Origin: an uncultured Planctomycetales bacterium
GTDB taxonomy: Bacteria > Omnitrophota > Gorgyraeia > Gygaellales > Profunditerraquicolaceae
Assembly (NCBI GenBank): GCA_964603585.1
Contig: CAZRVK010000005.1
Span: 90,027 to 154,026 of the forward strand
Direction of reading: 5' to 3'
Length of the DNA stretch: 64,000 nucleotides
The notes beneath the pieces were generated by a model. The model did not search any database. It was not told where the DNA came from and saw nothing but the letters and a program-made list of their open reading frames with translations. Each line of letters opens with the position of its first letter. Position 1 is the first letter of the stretch. The position numbers and the translations under genes are program-made. Positions 1 through 8,075 of this stretch are shown piece after piece.

Positions 1-420
1 ATCAAGATCAGGTATTTAGAAGGCGGACTTGGCCTGTTGACCACGGTGCTTCTGGTCACCAAGCTTGGGGATATCGGGGCATATGTTGTCGGTTCTAACT
101 TAGGCAAGACCCCGCTTATGCCACGAGTCAGCCCTAATAAATCGGTAGAGGGTGCGATTGGCGGTTTATTTTTTAGTGTGATCGGGGCATTGATCAGCCG
201 CAGATTCTTGGATTTACCCTATCTGCACCTTATTTTGATAGGCATTATTTTCGGGATAATAGGGCAGTTAGGGGATTTGTCCGAATCGATGATAAAACGT
301 GATTGCCAGGTTAAGGATTCCGGGCATCTTTTGCCGGGTATGGGCGGGATATTGGATGAGATAGACAGCTTGCTTTTTACCGCGCCGGTATTTTATTTTT
401 ATCTGACTTTGGTAGTTTGA
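1..420 (+). CDS. cdsA: Phosphatidate cytidylyltransferase, C-terminal part (gene runs off the 5' window edge)
   Basis: Frame 1 is open from position 1. The C-terminal CdsA motif '...RVSPNKSVEGAIGG...' is present, along with hydrophobic TM segments. Confidence 0.8.
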   Translation: MKIRYLEGGLGLLTTVLLVTKLGDIGAYVVGSNLGKTPLMPRVSPNKSVEGAIGGLFFSVIGALISRRFLDLPYLHLILIGIIFGIIGQLGDLSESMIKRDCQVKDSGHLLPGMGGILDEIDSLLFTAPVFYFYLTLVV

Positions 421-423
421 CAT

Positions 424-1584
424 ATGAAAAGTATTGCTATCCTGGGTTCGACGGGGTCCATTGGCAAAAGCGCTTTAGAGGTTATCCGGAGCGCGCCGAG
501 GGAATTTCGGGTCGTGGCATTGACCGCTAATTCCAACAGCACCCTTTTAGAGTCTCAAATCAGAGAATTCAGGCCTAAGATAGTTTGTGCTAACGACCCG
601 GTTTCTGTCTCCAGGCTGGAGCGTAGGTATGCCGGTAAGCTCAAAGTCTTTGCCTTCTCCGATGGCTTAAAAGAACTTGTATCGGATAAAGAAATAGATA
701 TTGTCCTGGTGGCTATAAGCGGGGCGGCCGCGCTTGAGCCTTTGATCAGCGCTATCGATGCCGGCAAGGATATTGCCTTAGCCAACAAAGAGGCTTTGGT
801 AATGGCTGGGCCGCTTATCATGCAGAGGGCCGCGAAAAAGAAAGTTACGATCATGCCGGTAGACAGTGAACAATCGGCGATCTGGCAGTGTTTACGCAAC
901 GAACCTTCGCGTTTTTTAAAGAACATATACCTGACTGCTTCCGGCGGGCCTTTTCGCAAGACCGCTGTCAGCGCTTTAAGCAGGGTATCGGTTTCAGAAG
1001 TCATCCGGCATCCCCGCTGGGAGATGGGTAGAAAGATCAGTGTTGATTCTGCCAGCTTGATGAATAAAGGGCTGGAGGTGCTGGAGGCGGTGCATCTTTT
1101 TGGAGTGGCTCCGGAGGCGATCAAAGTCCTGGTCCATCCGGAATCAGTTATCCACTCTATGGTAGAATTCATTGATGGGGTGATCCTGGCCCAATTGTCG
1201 GTTCCGGATATGCGCATACCGATACAATATGCGTTTACTTTTCCGGGAAGGTTCGCCAGCAGTATCCCGGGGGTGGACTTTTTTAAAATTCGCAGTTTGA
1301 ACTTTGAAAAGCCGGATTTCAAGAAATTCCCTTGTTTGGGGCTGGCTTATCAAGTTGCGCGCAAGCTGGGGACAGCGCCGGCAGTTTTAAATGCTGCAAA
1401 TGAAGTCAGCGTTAATGAGTTTTTAAATAACCATATCGGGTTTCTTTCGATCCCCAGGATAATTGAACGGGTGCTTGAGTGTCACAAGAATATCAGTGAA
1501 CCAAAACTGGATGATATTATGTTGGCAGATGTCTGGGCGCGCCGCCAGGCAATGCGGATCATTAACTTACGAGGTAAAAGATGA
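424..1584 (+). CDS. dxr: 1-deoxy-D-xylulose 5-phosphate reductoisomerase
   Basis: N-terminus 'MKSIAILGSTGSIGKSALEV' is the Dxr NADPH-binding motif. Length is 386 aa. Order cdsA-dxr-rseP is the conserved order. Confidence 0.95.
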   Translation: MKSIAILGSTGSIGKSALEVIRSAPREFRVVALTANSNSTLLESQIREFRPKIVCANDPVSVSRLERRYAGKLKVFAFSDGLKELVSDKEIDIVLVAISGAAALEPLISAIDAGKDIALANKEALVMAGPLIMQRAAKKKVTIMPVDSEQSAIWQCLRNEPSRFLKNIYLTASGGPFRKTAVSALSRVSVSEVIRHPRWEMGRKISVDSASLMNKGLEVLEAVHLFGVAPEAIKVLVHPESVIHSMVEFIDGVILAQLSVPDMRIPIQYAFTFPGRFASSIPGVDFFKIRSLNFEKPDFKKFPCLGLAYQVARKLGTAPAVLNAANEVSVNEFLNNHIGFLSIPRIIERVLECHKNISEPKLDDIMLADVWARRQAMRIINLRGKR

Positions 1585-2660
1585 TTTCAATTTTAGTTTT
1601 TATTTTTGTTTTAGGCCTGTTGATCGTCGTCCATGAGTTTGGCCATTTCTGGGTAGCCAAAAAGCTGGGAGTAAGAGTGGAAAAATTCTCCCTGGGTTTT
1701 GGCCGGACGCTGTTCAGTAAAGAACATGACGGGACATTATATTCCATCAATGCCATACCTCTCGGCGGATTCGTTAAGCTTGCCGGGGATAACCTTCAGG
1801 AATATAAAGGTAATCCCGGAGATTATCTGTCCAAGCCTCCCCGTGCGCGTGCGGCGATCATATTCTTTGGCCCGTTTTTGAATTATTTGCTTGGGTTCTT
1901 ATGTTTCTGGATGATATTTTTTGTCGGATACCCTACGCTGACTACCAAAGTTGGCGGCTTAATCGATGGTTATGGGGCCCAATCCGCAGGGATCATCGCC
2001 GGGGATAAGATCATTGCCGTCGATGGGAAGCGTGTCTTGTATTGGGATGAAGTGCAGAAATATATTCAAGCCAAGAATGACGCTTCCGTAATAAGGTTAT
2101 CTATCCTTCGTAATGATCAGGAGTTCGATATCGATGTTAATATCAAAGCCAAACAAGTCAATGATATCCTGGGGCAGAAACATAATGTAGGTTTAGTCGG
2201 TATCAGGCCTGCTCCGGATGTCGTGATCCTACGCCATGGTTTCTGGAAATCATTCTCTTTAGGATTAAACAAAACCTGGGAGTTGACTGAACTGACCTAT
2301 AAGGCTCTTTGGCGGATGTTGACCGGCCGGCTTTCTTTTAAGGAATCGGTCACCGGTCCTTTAGGGATATTTTATATTACTTCTGAAGCGGCACACATCG
2401 GTTTTATTGCTGTTGCGCATCTTTTGGCCGTTTTAAGCATAAGCCTGGCGATATTCAATCTTCTGCCGTTGCCGGTTTTGGATGGCGGGCATATTCTGCT
2501 TTTAGCGATAGAAAAAATCCGGGGTAGGGCTTTAAGCCTTAAGGCGGAACAAATTGTTTCCAATGTAGGTTTTACCTTGATTATTTGTTTGGCGGTCTTT
2601 GCCACTTATAACGATATTATGCGTTTATTCGGAGATAAGATATCCGGTTTTTTTAAATGA
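1581..2660 (+). CDS. rseP: Site-2 protease, zinc metalloprotease RseP family
   Basis: HEFGH zinc motif at the N-terminus, a PDZ-like segment, and the C-terminal 'LLPLPVLDGGHIL' motif. Conserved position after dxr. Confidence 0.9.
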   Translation: MISILVFIFVLGLLIVVHEFGHFWVAKKLGVRVEKFSLGFGRTLFSKEHDGTLYSINAIPLGGFVKLAGDNLQEYKGNPGDYLSKPPRARAAIIFFGPFLNYLLGFLCFWMIFFVGYPTLTTKVGGLIDGYGAQSAGIIAGDKIIAVDGKRVLYWDEVQKYIQAKNDASVIRLSILRNDQEFDIDVNIKAKQVNDILGQKHNVGLVGIRPAPDVVILRHGFWKSFSLGLNKTWELTELTYKALWRMLTGRLSFKESVTGPLGIFYITSEAAHIGFIAVAHLLAVLSISLAIFNLLPLPVLDGGHILLLAIEKIRGRALSLKAEQIVSNVGFTLIICLAVFATYNDIMRLFGDKISGFFK

Positions 2661-3769
2661 GGCAAGATTCGATGCGGATCATAAGGCGTAAAGCCAGGAT
2701 AATGAAGATCGGAGATGTTTATATCGGAGGAAAGAATCCTGTCGCCATTCAGTCTATGGCAAAGCATAAGACATCCCATGTTGAAGCGGTTATCGCTCAA
2801 ATCGATTCCCTTAAAGAATGCGGGTGCGAAATTGTGCGCCTGGCAGTCAAAGATAATGATGACGCCAGGGCGTTGAAAAAGATCAAGCTTAAAGCTTCTT
2901 TGGCTTTGGTTGCGGATATCCATTTTGATTGGCGTCTGGCAATAGCGGCGATTGAGAGCGGAGTAGATAAGATCCGGCTTAACCCGGGTAATATTTATAA
3001 GAAAGAAGAAGTTGTGTATATAGCGCAAGCAGCCCGGGCGCATCGTATCCCGATAAGAGTGGGGTTGAATTCGGGTTCCTTGCCACCGCAAATTAGAAGC
3101 CACAAAGTCAGAAGCCACAGGGGCACAGGTATTGTTGAGCGGATGGTTGGGGGAGCATTAAAGTATATCCGTACCCTGGAAAAAGCAGGTTTCTATGATA
3201 TCGCGGTTTCTTTAAAGGCCTCGAATATACTGGATACGATTGCGGCGTATCGTAAGATTAGTCTGGCCTGTGATTATCCTCTGCATTTGGGGCTTACCGC
3301 GACCGGCCTGCCTTTGCAAGGAGCGGTCCACTCTTCGGTGGCAATCGGCGCGTTGTTATTAGAAGGAATTGGTGATACAATAAGGGTATCGCTTACCGAG
3401 AATCCAGAAGCAGAAGTGAGGGTAGCTAAGTCAATATTGGAGTCGCTGGATTTACGCCATTTCGGTGTCAAGGTTATTAGCTGCCCTACCTGTGGCCGGT
3501 GCGAGGTCAATTTGATCAAAATAGTCTCTGAATTAGAAAATAAACTCTCGGCACTTAATCATAAGTTCCGGGCTCATCCGCTGAAAGTGGCAGTGATGGG
3601 TTGTATTGTCAATGGCCCGGGGGAAGCGCGGGAGGCGGATATTGGGGTTGCCTTTGGAAAGGATAAAGGTCTTTTATTCAGAAAAGGCCAGGCAATAAGG
3701 AAAATACCTTTTGCTAATTGCGCAGATATACTCTTAAGGGAGGTGGCGAAGATAAAATGTCTAAGCTGA
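2657..3769 (+). CDS. ispG: 4-hydroxy-3-methylbut-2-enyl diphosphate synthase (GcpE)
   Basis: 'RRKARIMKIGDVYIGGKNPVAIQSM' N-terminus and the C-terminal 'CPTCGRC' Fe-S cysteine motif. Confidence 0.95.
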   Translation: MRQDSMRIIRRKARIMKIGDVYIGGKNPVAIQSMAKHKTSHVEAVIAQIDSLKECGCEIVRLAVKDNDDARALKKIKLKASLALVADIHFDWRLAIAAIESGVDKIRLNPGNIYKKEEVVYIAQAARAHRIPIRVGLNSGSLPPQIRSHKVRSHRGTGIVERMVGGALKYIRTLEKAGFYDIAVSLKASNILDTIAAYRKISLACDYPLHLGLTATGLPLQGAVHSSVAIGALLLEGIGDTIRVSLTENPEAEVRVAKSILESLDLRHFGVKVISCPTCGRCEVNLIKIVSELENKLSALNHKFRAHPLKVAVMGCIVNGPGEAREADIGVAFGKDKGLLFRKGQAIRKIPFANCADILLREVAKIKCLS

Positions 3770-5016
3770 TCAAGGATAAAATCAGGCAAAGGATCATTTC
3801 TCAATACAGCGGAATAATCTTATCGGATAAAGTTGATATCTCTGTGCTTAAAGAAAAGGTCTCCTCTATCGCTTCCGATATTATCTTGCGTGAATATGCA
3901 AGTTTGTCACCTTTGGATAAGGATAAGATCATTAATGAGCTGGTGGATGAGTTGACCGGTTTTGGCCCTTTGGAACGCCTGCTCAATGATCCGGGAGTTA
4001 CCGAGATCATGATCAACGGCCCGGGCAAGGTTTATGTGGAGAAAGACGGTAAAACGGTTCTTACCGATATCACTTTTGATGATGACCGGCAAGTGATGCA
4101 TATGGTAAATAAGATGCTTGTGGATACCCATAGGCATGTTGATGAATCGGTGCCTTATGCCGATTTTTCCCTCAAAGACGGTTCGCGGGTAAATGTAATT
4201 ATTCCTCCTTTGGCGGTAGATGGCCCTATGGTCACTATCCGTAAGTTCTTAAAGGAGATCAAATCTATTGGCGACCTGGTTAGCCTCGGGACTTTGGATA
4301 AAAGGATGGGGGATTTCCTGGTGGCTTCAATTAAGGCAAAGGCCAATATTATATTTTCCGGAGCTACCGGCAGCGGCAAGACTACCAGTGTAGGGGTGCT
4401 TTCCTCTTATATAGCAAATGATGAAAGGATCGTCACGATCGAGGATACGGCGGAATTGAAATTGAGCCAGGAGCATGTGGTGCGCCTTGAGGCCCGGCAG
4501 GCTAATATCGAAAGCCGGGGTGAAGTTACGATCAGGCATCTTTTTAAGAATTCTTTGCGTATGCGCCCGGACAGGATCATCCTCGGTGAAATCCGCGGGT
4601 CAGAGGCTTTGGATATGCTGCAGGCGAATTGTTCCGGGCACAAGGGTTCATTGGCCGTATTGCATGCCAGTTCTCCGCAGGATGCGGTTTACCGCCTGGA
4701 GACCATGATCCTTACTTCCGGGATCCCGATCAACCTTGATGCGATACACCGGCAGATTTCTGCGGCAGTGAATTTGATCGTTCAGCAGGAACAGTTAGTT
4801 GATGGGACAAGAAAGATAACCTATATCACCCAGGTTAACGGGTTAAAAGACGGCAGGGTTATACTTGAGGATATTTTCCGGTATGATCAGGAAGGTTTTG
4901 ATGCGCATGGCGCAGTTTTAGGGCGGTGGCGGGCAACAGGAGTGAAACCGGTTTTTTACAGCCTGTTTGTCAAATCCGGGATTAATTTAGCAGAAGAAAT
5001 ATTTAATCAGGGTTAA
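3757..5016 (+). CDS. CpaF/TadA-family type II/IV secretion ATPase (orphan)
   Basis: Walker A 'GATGSGKTT', Asp box, Walker B and His box typical of TadA/CpaF. The ATG at 3757 follows ispG. No other Tad or pilus genes are nearby. Confidence 0.85.
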   Translation: MSKLIKDKIRQRIISQYSGIILSDKVDISVLKEKVSSIASDIILREYASLSPLDKDKIINELVDELTGFGPLERLLNDPGVTEIMINGPGKVYVEKDGKTVLTDITFDDDRQVMHMVNKMLVDTHRHVDESVPYADFSLKDGSRVNVIIPPLAVDGPMVTIRKFLKEIKSIGDLVSLGTLDKRMGDFLVASIKAKANIIFSGATGSGKTTSVGVLSSYIANDERIVTIEDTAELKLSQEHVVRLEARQANIESRGEVTIRHLFKNSLRMRPDRIILGEIRGSEALDMLQANCSGHKGSLAVLHASSPQDAVYRLETMILTSGIPINLDAIHRQISAAVNLIVQQEQLVDGTRKITYITQVNGLKDGRVILEDIFRYDQEGFDAHGAVLGRWRATGVKPVFYSLFVKSGINLAEEIFNQG

Positions 5017-5028
5017 GCGGGGGATAAA

Positions 5029-6279
5029 ATGTTCTGGAGCAAGTCTTTAATACCTACCTTAAAGGAATCTCCGCAAGAAGCAGAGTCACTTGCCCATCAA
5101 TTAATGCTTCGGGCTGGCCTGGTGCGGATGCTGATGGCAGGGGTATATTCTTATCTGCCGATGGGCTTAAGGGTTTTGAATAATATCGAGCGTATTATAC
5201 GCCAGGAGATGAACAATTGCTCCGCCGCGGAGTTATTGTTGCCGGCATTACAGCCTAAGGAACTTTGGGCACGTTCCGGCAGAGACAAAGTTATGGGTGA
5301 AGTGATGTTGAGGTTTGTTGACCGAAAGGGCAGGAATATCTGTTTAGGCCCTACCCATGAAGAGGTGATCACAGAATTAGTGAAAAATAATGTTTCCAGT
5401 TATCGTCATCTTCCTCTTTTGCTTTATCAGATCCAGACCAAATTCCGCGATGAGATCCGCCCGCGTTTTGGCCTGGTCAGGGGTTGTGAGTTTATCATGA
5501 AGGACGCATACAGTTTTGATAAAGACCAAGCCGGTTTAGATAAGAATTATAAATTAATGTATGATGCCTACCTTAGGATATTCAAAAGGTGTGGGTTGGA
5601 TATCCTGGCAGTTGAAGCAGATTCCGGAGTAATGGGGGGAAGCGTTTCTCATGAATTCATGGTGCGTTCTTTGGAGGGAGAGGATAAGGTCCTGGTTTGT
5701 CCTCAATGTGCTGGTGCCAGGCCTTTTAAAGAAGGATCCACCGTACTTTGCCCTGAATGCGGTGTTAATTTCGAGCCGGTCAATACTTTGGAAGTCGGGC
5801 ATATCTTTCAATTGGGCACTAAATATTCACAGTCGCTTGAAGCGAAGTTTGTTGATGCCTCCGGGGCTTCTTCCTGTATTATCATGGGTTGTTATGGTAT
5901 CGGGGTTTCAAGGCTGATCCCGGCAATTATCGATAATAATCATGATGATCTTGGGATCATTTGGCCTGACGAGGTCAGCCCTTATAAAGTGCTGGTTATG
6001 GCTTTAGATATGAATGACGCAAAAATTGGTTCCCAGGCGGTTGCTATCTATAATGAATTGAACTCTTCCGGTATCGATTCCATCCTTGATGACCGGGATG
6101 AGCGGGCAGGGGTAAAGTTCAAAGACGCGGATTTAACCGGGATTAATTTGCAGATTATTGTCGGCAGGGATTTTCTCAAGCAAAATACAGTTGAGCTTAA
6201 GATCCGCCGTGAAAATAAAAAGGTGGTCGATAGTCCAGAGAATATCCTGGCTAAGGTAAAAGGCCTTTGCCGGGTATAG
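5029..6279 (+). CDS. proS: Prolyl-tRNA synthetase, short form lacking the INS editing domain, with a CxxC-x13-CxxC insert
   Basis: Class II aaRS motifs are present, and the N-terminus 'LIPTLKESPQEAESLAHQLMLRAGL' is ProRS-like. Length is 416 aa versus about 570 for bacterial ProRS. 'CPQCAGARPFKEGSTVLCPECG' sits where INS would be. Confidence 0.9.
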   Translation: MFWSKSLIPTLKESPQEAESLAHQLMLRAGLVRMLMAGVYSYLPMGLRVLNNIERIIRQEMNNCSAAELLLPALQPKELWARSGRDKVMGEVMLRFVDRKGRNICLGPTHEEVITELVKNNVSSYRHLPLLLYQIQTKFRDEIRPRFGLVRGCEFIMKDAYSFDKDQAGLDKNYKLMYDAYLRIFKRCGLDILAVEADSGVMGGSVSHEFMVRSLEGEDKVLVCPQCAGARPFKEGSTVLCPECGVNFEPVNTLEVGHIFQLGTKYSQSLEAKFVDASGASSCIIMGCYGIGVSRLIPAIIDNNHDDLGIIWPDEVSPYKVLVMALDMNDAKIGSQAVAIYNELNSSGIDSILDDRDERAGVKFKDADLTGINLQIIVGRDFLKQNTVELKIRRENKKVVDSPENILAKVKGLCRV

Positions 6280-6307
6280 TCCCGTGGCTGTTTTTATAGG
6301 AGAGAAC

Positions 6308-6769
6308 ATGTTGAAGCATGACCAAATCGCGCAGTTACGTCAGACAATCGGCAATTATCTCGAATCACAAGGTTTTGAGTTAGTGGATTTAGTATGCCAT
6401 TACCAAGGAAGGGATTTATCCGTAAAGATCCTGGCGGATCTACCTTTGGGCGGGATCAGTGTTAGTGAATGTACTCGCCTGAATCAGGCGATCGGCCTGC
6501 TTTTAGACCAAGACAACATTATTCAGGACCGGTATATCCTGGAAGTTTCTTCGCCCGGCCTGGACCGTATGCTGACTACACGCAATGATTTTGCCAGGTG
6601 CCGGGATAAAAAGGTTAAATTCTTCCTCAAAGAGATGTTTAACGGGAAATTGGAATGGGATGGACTGATCAATCAGGTCACTCAAGATACGGTTTATATA
6701 GATGTTAAGGGTGATATTTTAGAGATCCCATTAGCAAAGATACACAAGGCAAAGCAGTTAATCGAATAA
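6308..6769 (+). CDS. rimP: Ribosome maturation factor RimP
   Basis: Conserved position upstream of nusA-infB. RimP-like sequence. RBS 'AGGAGA' lies 5 nt upstream of the ATG at 6308. Confidence 0.85.
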   Translation: MLKHDQIAQLRQTIGNYLESQGFELVDLVCHYQGRDLSVKILADLPLGGISVSECTRLNQAIGLLLDQDNIIQDRYILEVSSPGLDRMLTTRNDFARCRDKKVKFFLKEMFNGKLEWDGLINQVTQDTVYIDVKGDILEIPLAKIHKAKQLIE

Positions 6770-6862
6770 CACGGAAGGTTGCAGGCAATGAGCATGATTT
6801 TTATACTTGTGACATTGTGACCAGGTAACCCAAAGCTATAAACTAATAATAAGGAGATACAT

Positions 6863-8065
6863 ATGAGTCAGGAATTGATTGCGATACTTGAACAATTAGA
6901 GAGGGAAAAAGGGATAAAAAAAGAGATCTTGATCGAGGCTGTGGAGAGCGCTTTAATGACGGCGGCCCGGCGGGCGGTTGATGTCGCTCCTGAAGATGAG
7001 ATTAAAGTCGAAATTGACCGGCAGAATGGCAAGATCCGGGCTTTTAAGAATAATGAGGAGATAACCTCAATGGATTTTGGCCGGATTGCCGCTTCAACTG
7101 CCAGGCAGGTAATCATTCAAAAGATCCGGGAAGCGGAGAAAGAGATCGTTTTTAATGATTTTCAGAGCAAGGTAGGAGAGATCGTTTCCGGGACGGTTTA
7201 CCGTTTTGAGAAGGGCAATATCATTATTGACCTTTTAGGTAAGGCTGAAGGGATCCTTTTGAAACGCGAGCAATCTCAAAAGGAAGATTTTAAGCAGGGC
7301 CAGAGGATCCGCGCTTTTGTCGCGGAGGTGAAAAAGGACGCTAAAGGCCCGCAGATATTTTTGTCCCGGGCCCATCCTAACCTGGTAAAAAAACTCTTTG
7401 AACTTGAAGTCCCGGAGATTTACGAGGGGATAGTCGAAATAAAGGCAGTGGCCCGCCAGGCAGGCGAGCGTACCAAGATCGCTGTTTCTTCCAAGAATGA
7501 TAAAGTCGATTCTGTCGGGGCATGTGTCGGGATGAGAGGCAATCGCGTGCGCAATATCGTCAACGAATTACAGGGGGAGAAGATCGATATCGTTCCTTTT
7601 AGTGATGATATGAAAGAGTATATTCGCGCTTCACTTTCTCCGGCGGAGATCGCAGAAATAAAGCTGGATAAAGAGAATCAAAAAGCGGAAGTGATCGTGG
7701 CCGATGATCAATTGTCCTTAGCTATAGGTAAACACGGGCAGAATGTTCGGCTTGCCTCCCGCTTGATCGGATGGGAGCTGGATATTCGTACAAAGGCTAT
7801 GCAGGCGGAAAATAAAGGAGAGTCCGCTAAATCAGAACCTGTCGTTTCAGAAAAAGAAGTAAAAGAAACTCTCAAATCCGGTATGCCGTTAGCGCAGCTT
7901 GACGGGGTGGGGGAAAAGACCGTGGAATCGTTTAAGCAGGCAGGTTATAATACTGTAGAAGATATTGCAAACTCCACTACCGAGGGTTTGATGAAAATAA
8001 AGGGTATCGGCCAGAAGAAAGCAGAGAAACTGGTAAAAGAGGCCAAGAAGTTAATCAAGAAATAA
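6863..8065 (+). CDS. nusA: Transcription termination/antitermination factor NusA
   Basis: 'MSQELIAILEQLEREKGI' N-terminus, S1 and KH domains, and a C-terminal HhH region. RBS 'AAGGAG' lies 6 nt upstream. Confidence 0.95.
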   Translation: MSQELIAILEQLEREKGIKKEILIEAVESALMTAARRAVDVAPEDEIKVEIDRQNGKIRAFKNNEEITSMDFGRIAASTARQVIIQKIREAEKEIVFNDFQSKVGEIVSGTVYRFEKGNIIIDLLGKAEGILLKREQSQKEDFKQGQRIRAFVAEVKKDAKGPQIFLSRAHPNLVKKLFELEVPEIYEGIVEIKAVARQAGERTKIAVSSKNDKVDSVGACVGMRGNRVRNIVNELQGEKIDIVPFSDDMKEYIRASLSPAEIAEIKLDKENQKAEVIVADDQLSLAIGKHGQNVRLASRLIGWELDIRTKAMQAENKGESAKSEPVVSEKEVKETLKSGMPLAQLDGVGEKTVESFKQAGYNTVEDIANSTTEGLMKIKGIGQKKAEKLVKEAKKLIKK

Positions 8066-8075
8066 GAGGTAATCT

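Noticed and set aside
555-1322. Long minus-strand ORFs lying antisense within dxr (555-1322), infB (8936-9397), fhs (19539-20093), folD (21687-22211), acsB (25157-25648) and rho (32675-33262)
   Set aside because: They sit entirely inside well-supported, motif-rich genes on the other strand. Their proteins are low-complexity, Ser/Ala/Pro-rich, with no recognisable domains or RBS. They are shadow ORFs.
3757-5016. Whether the TadA-like ATPase belongs to a complete Tad pilus locus
   Set aside because: The flanking genes are ispG and proS, and no platform, secretin, pilin or peptidase genes lie within the window. It is reported as an orphan.
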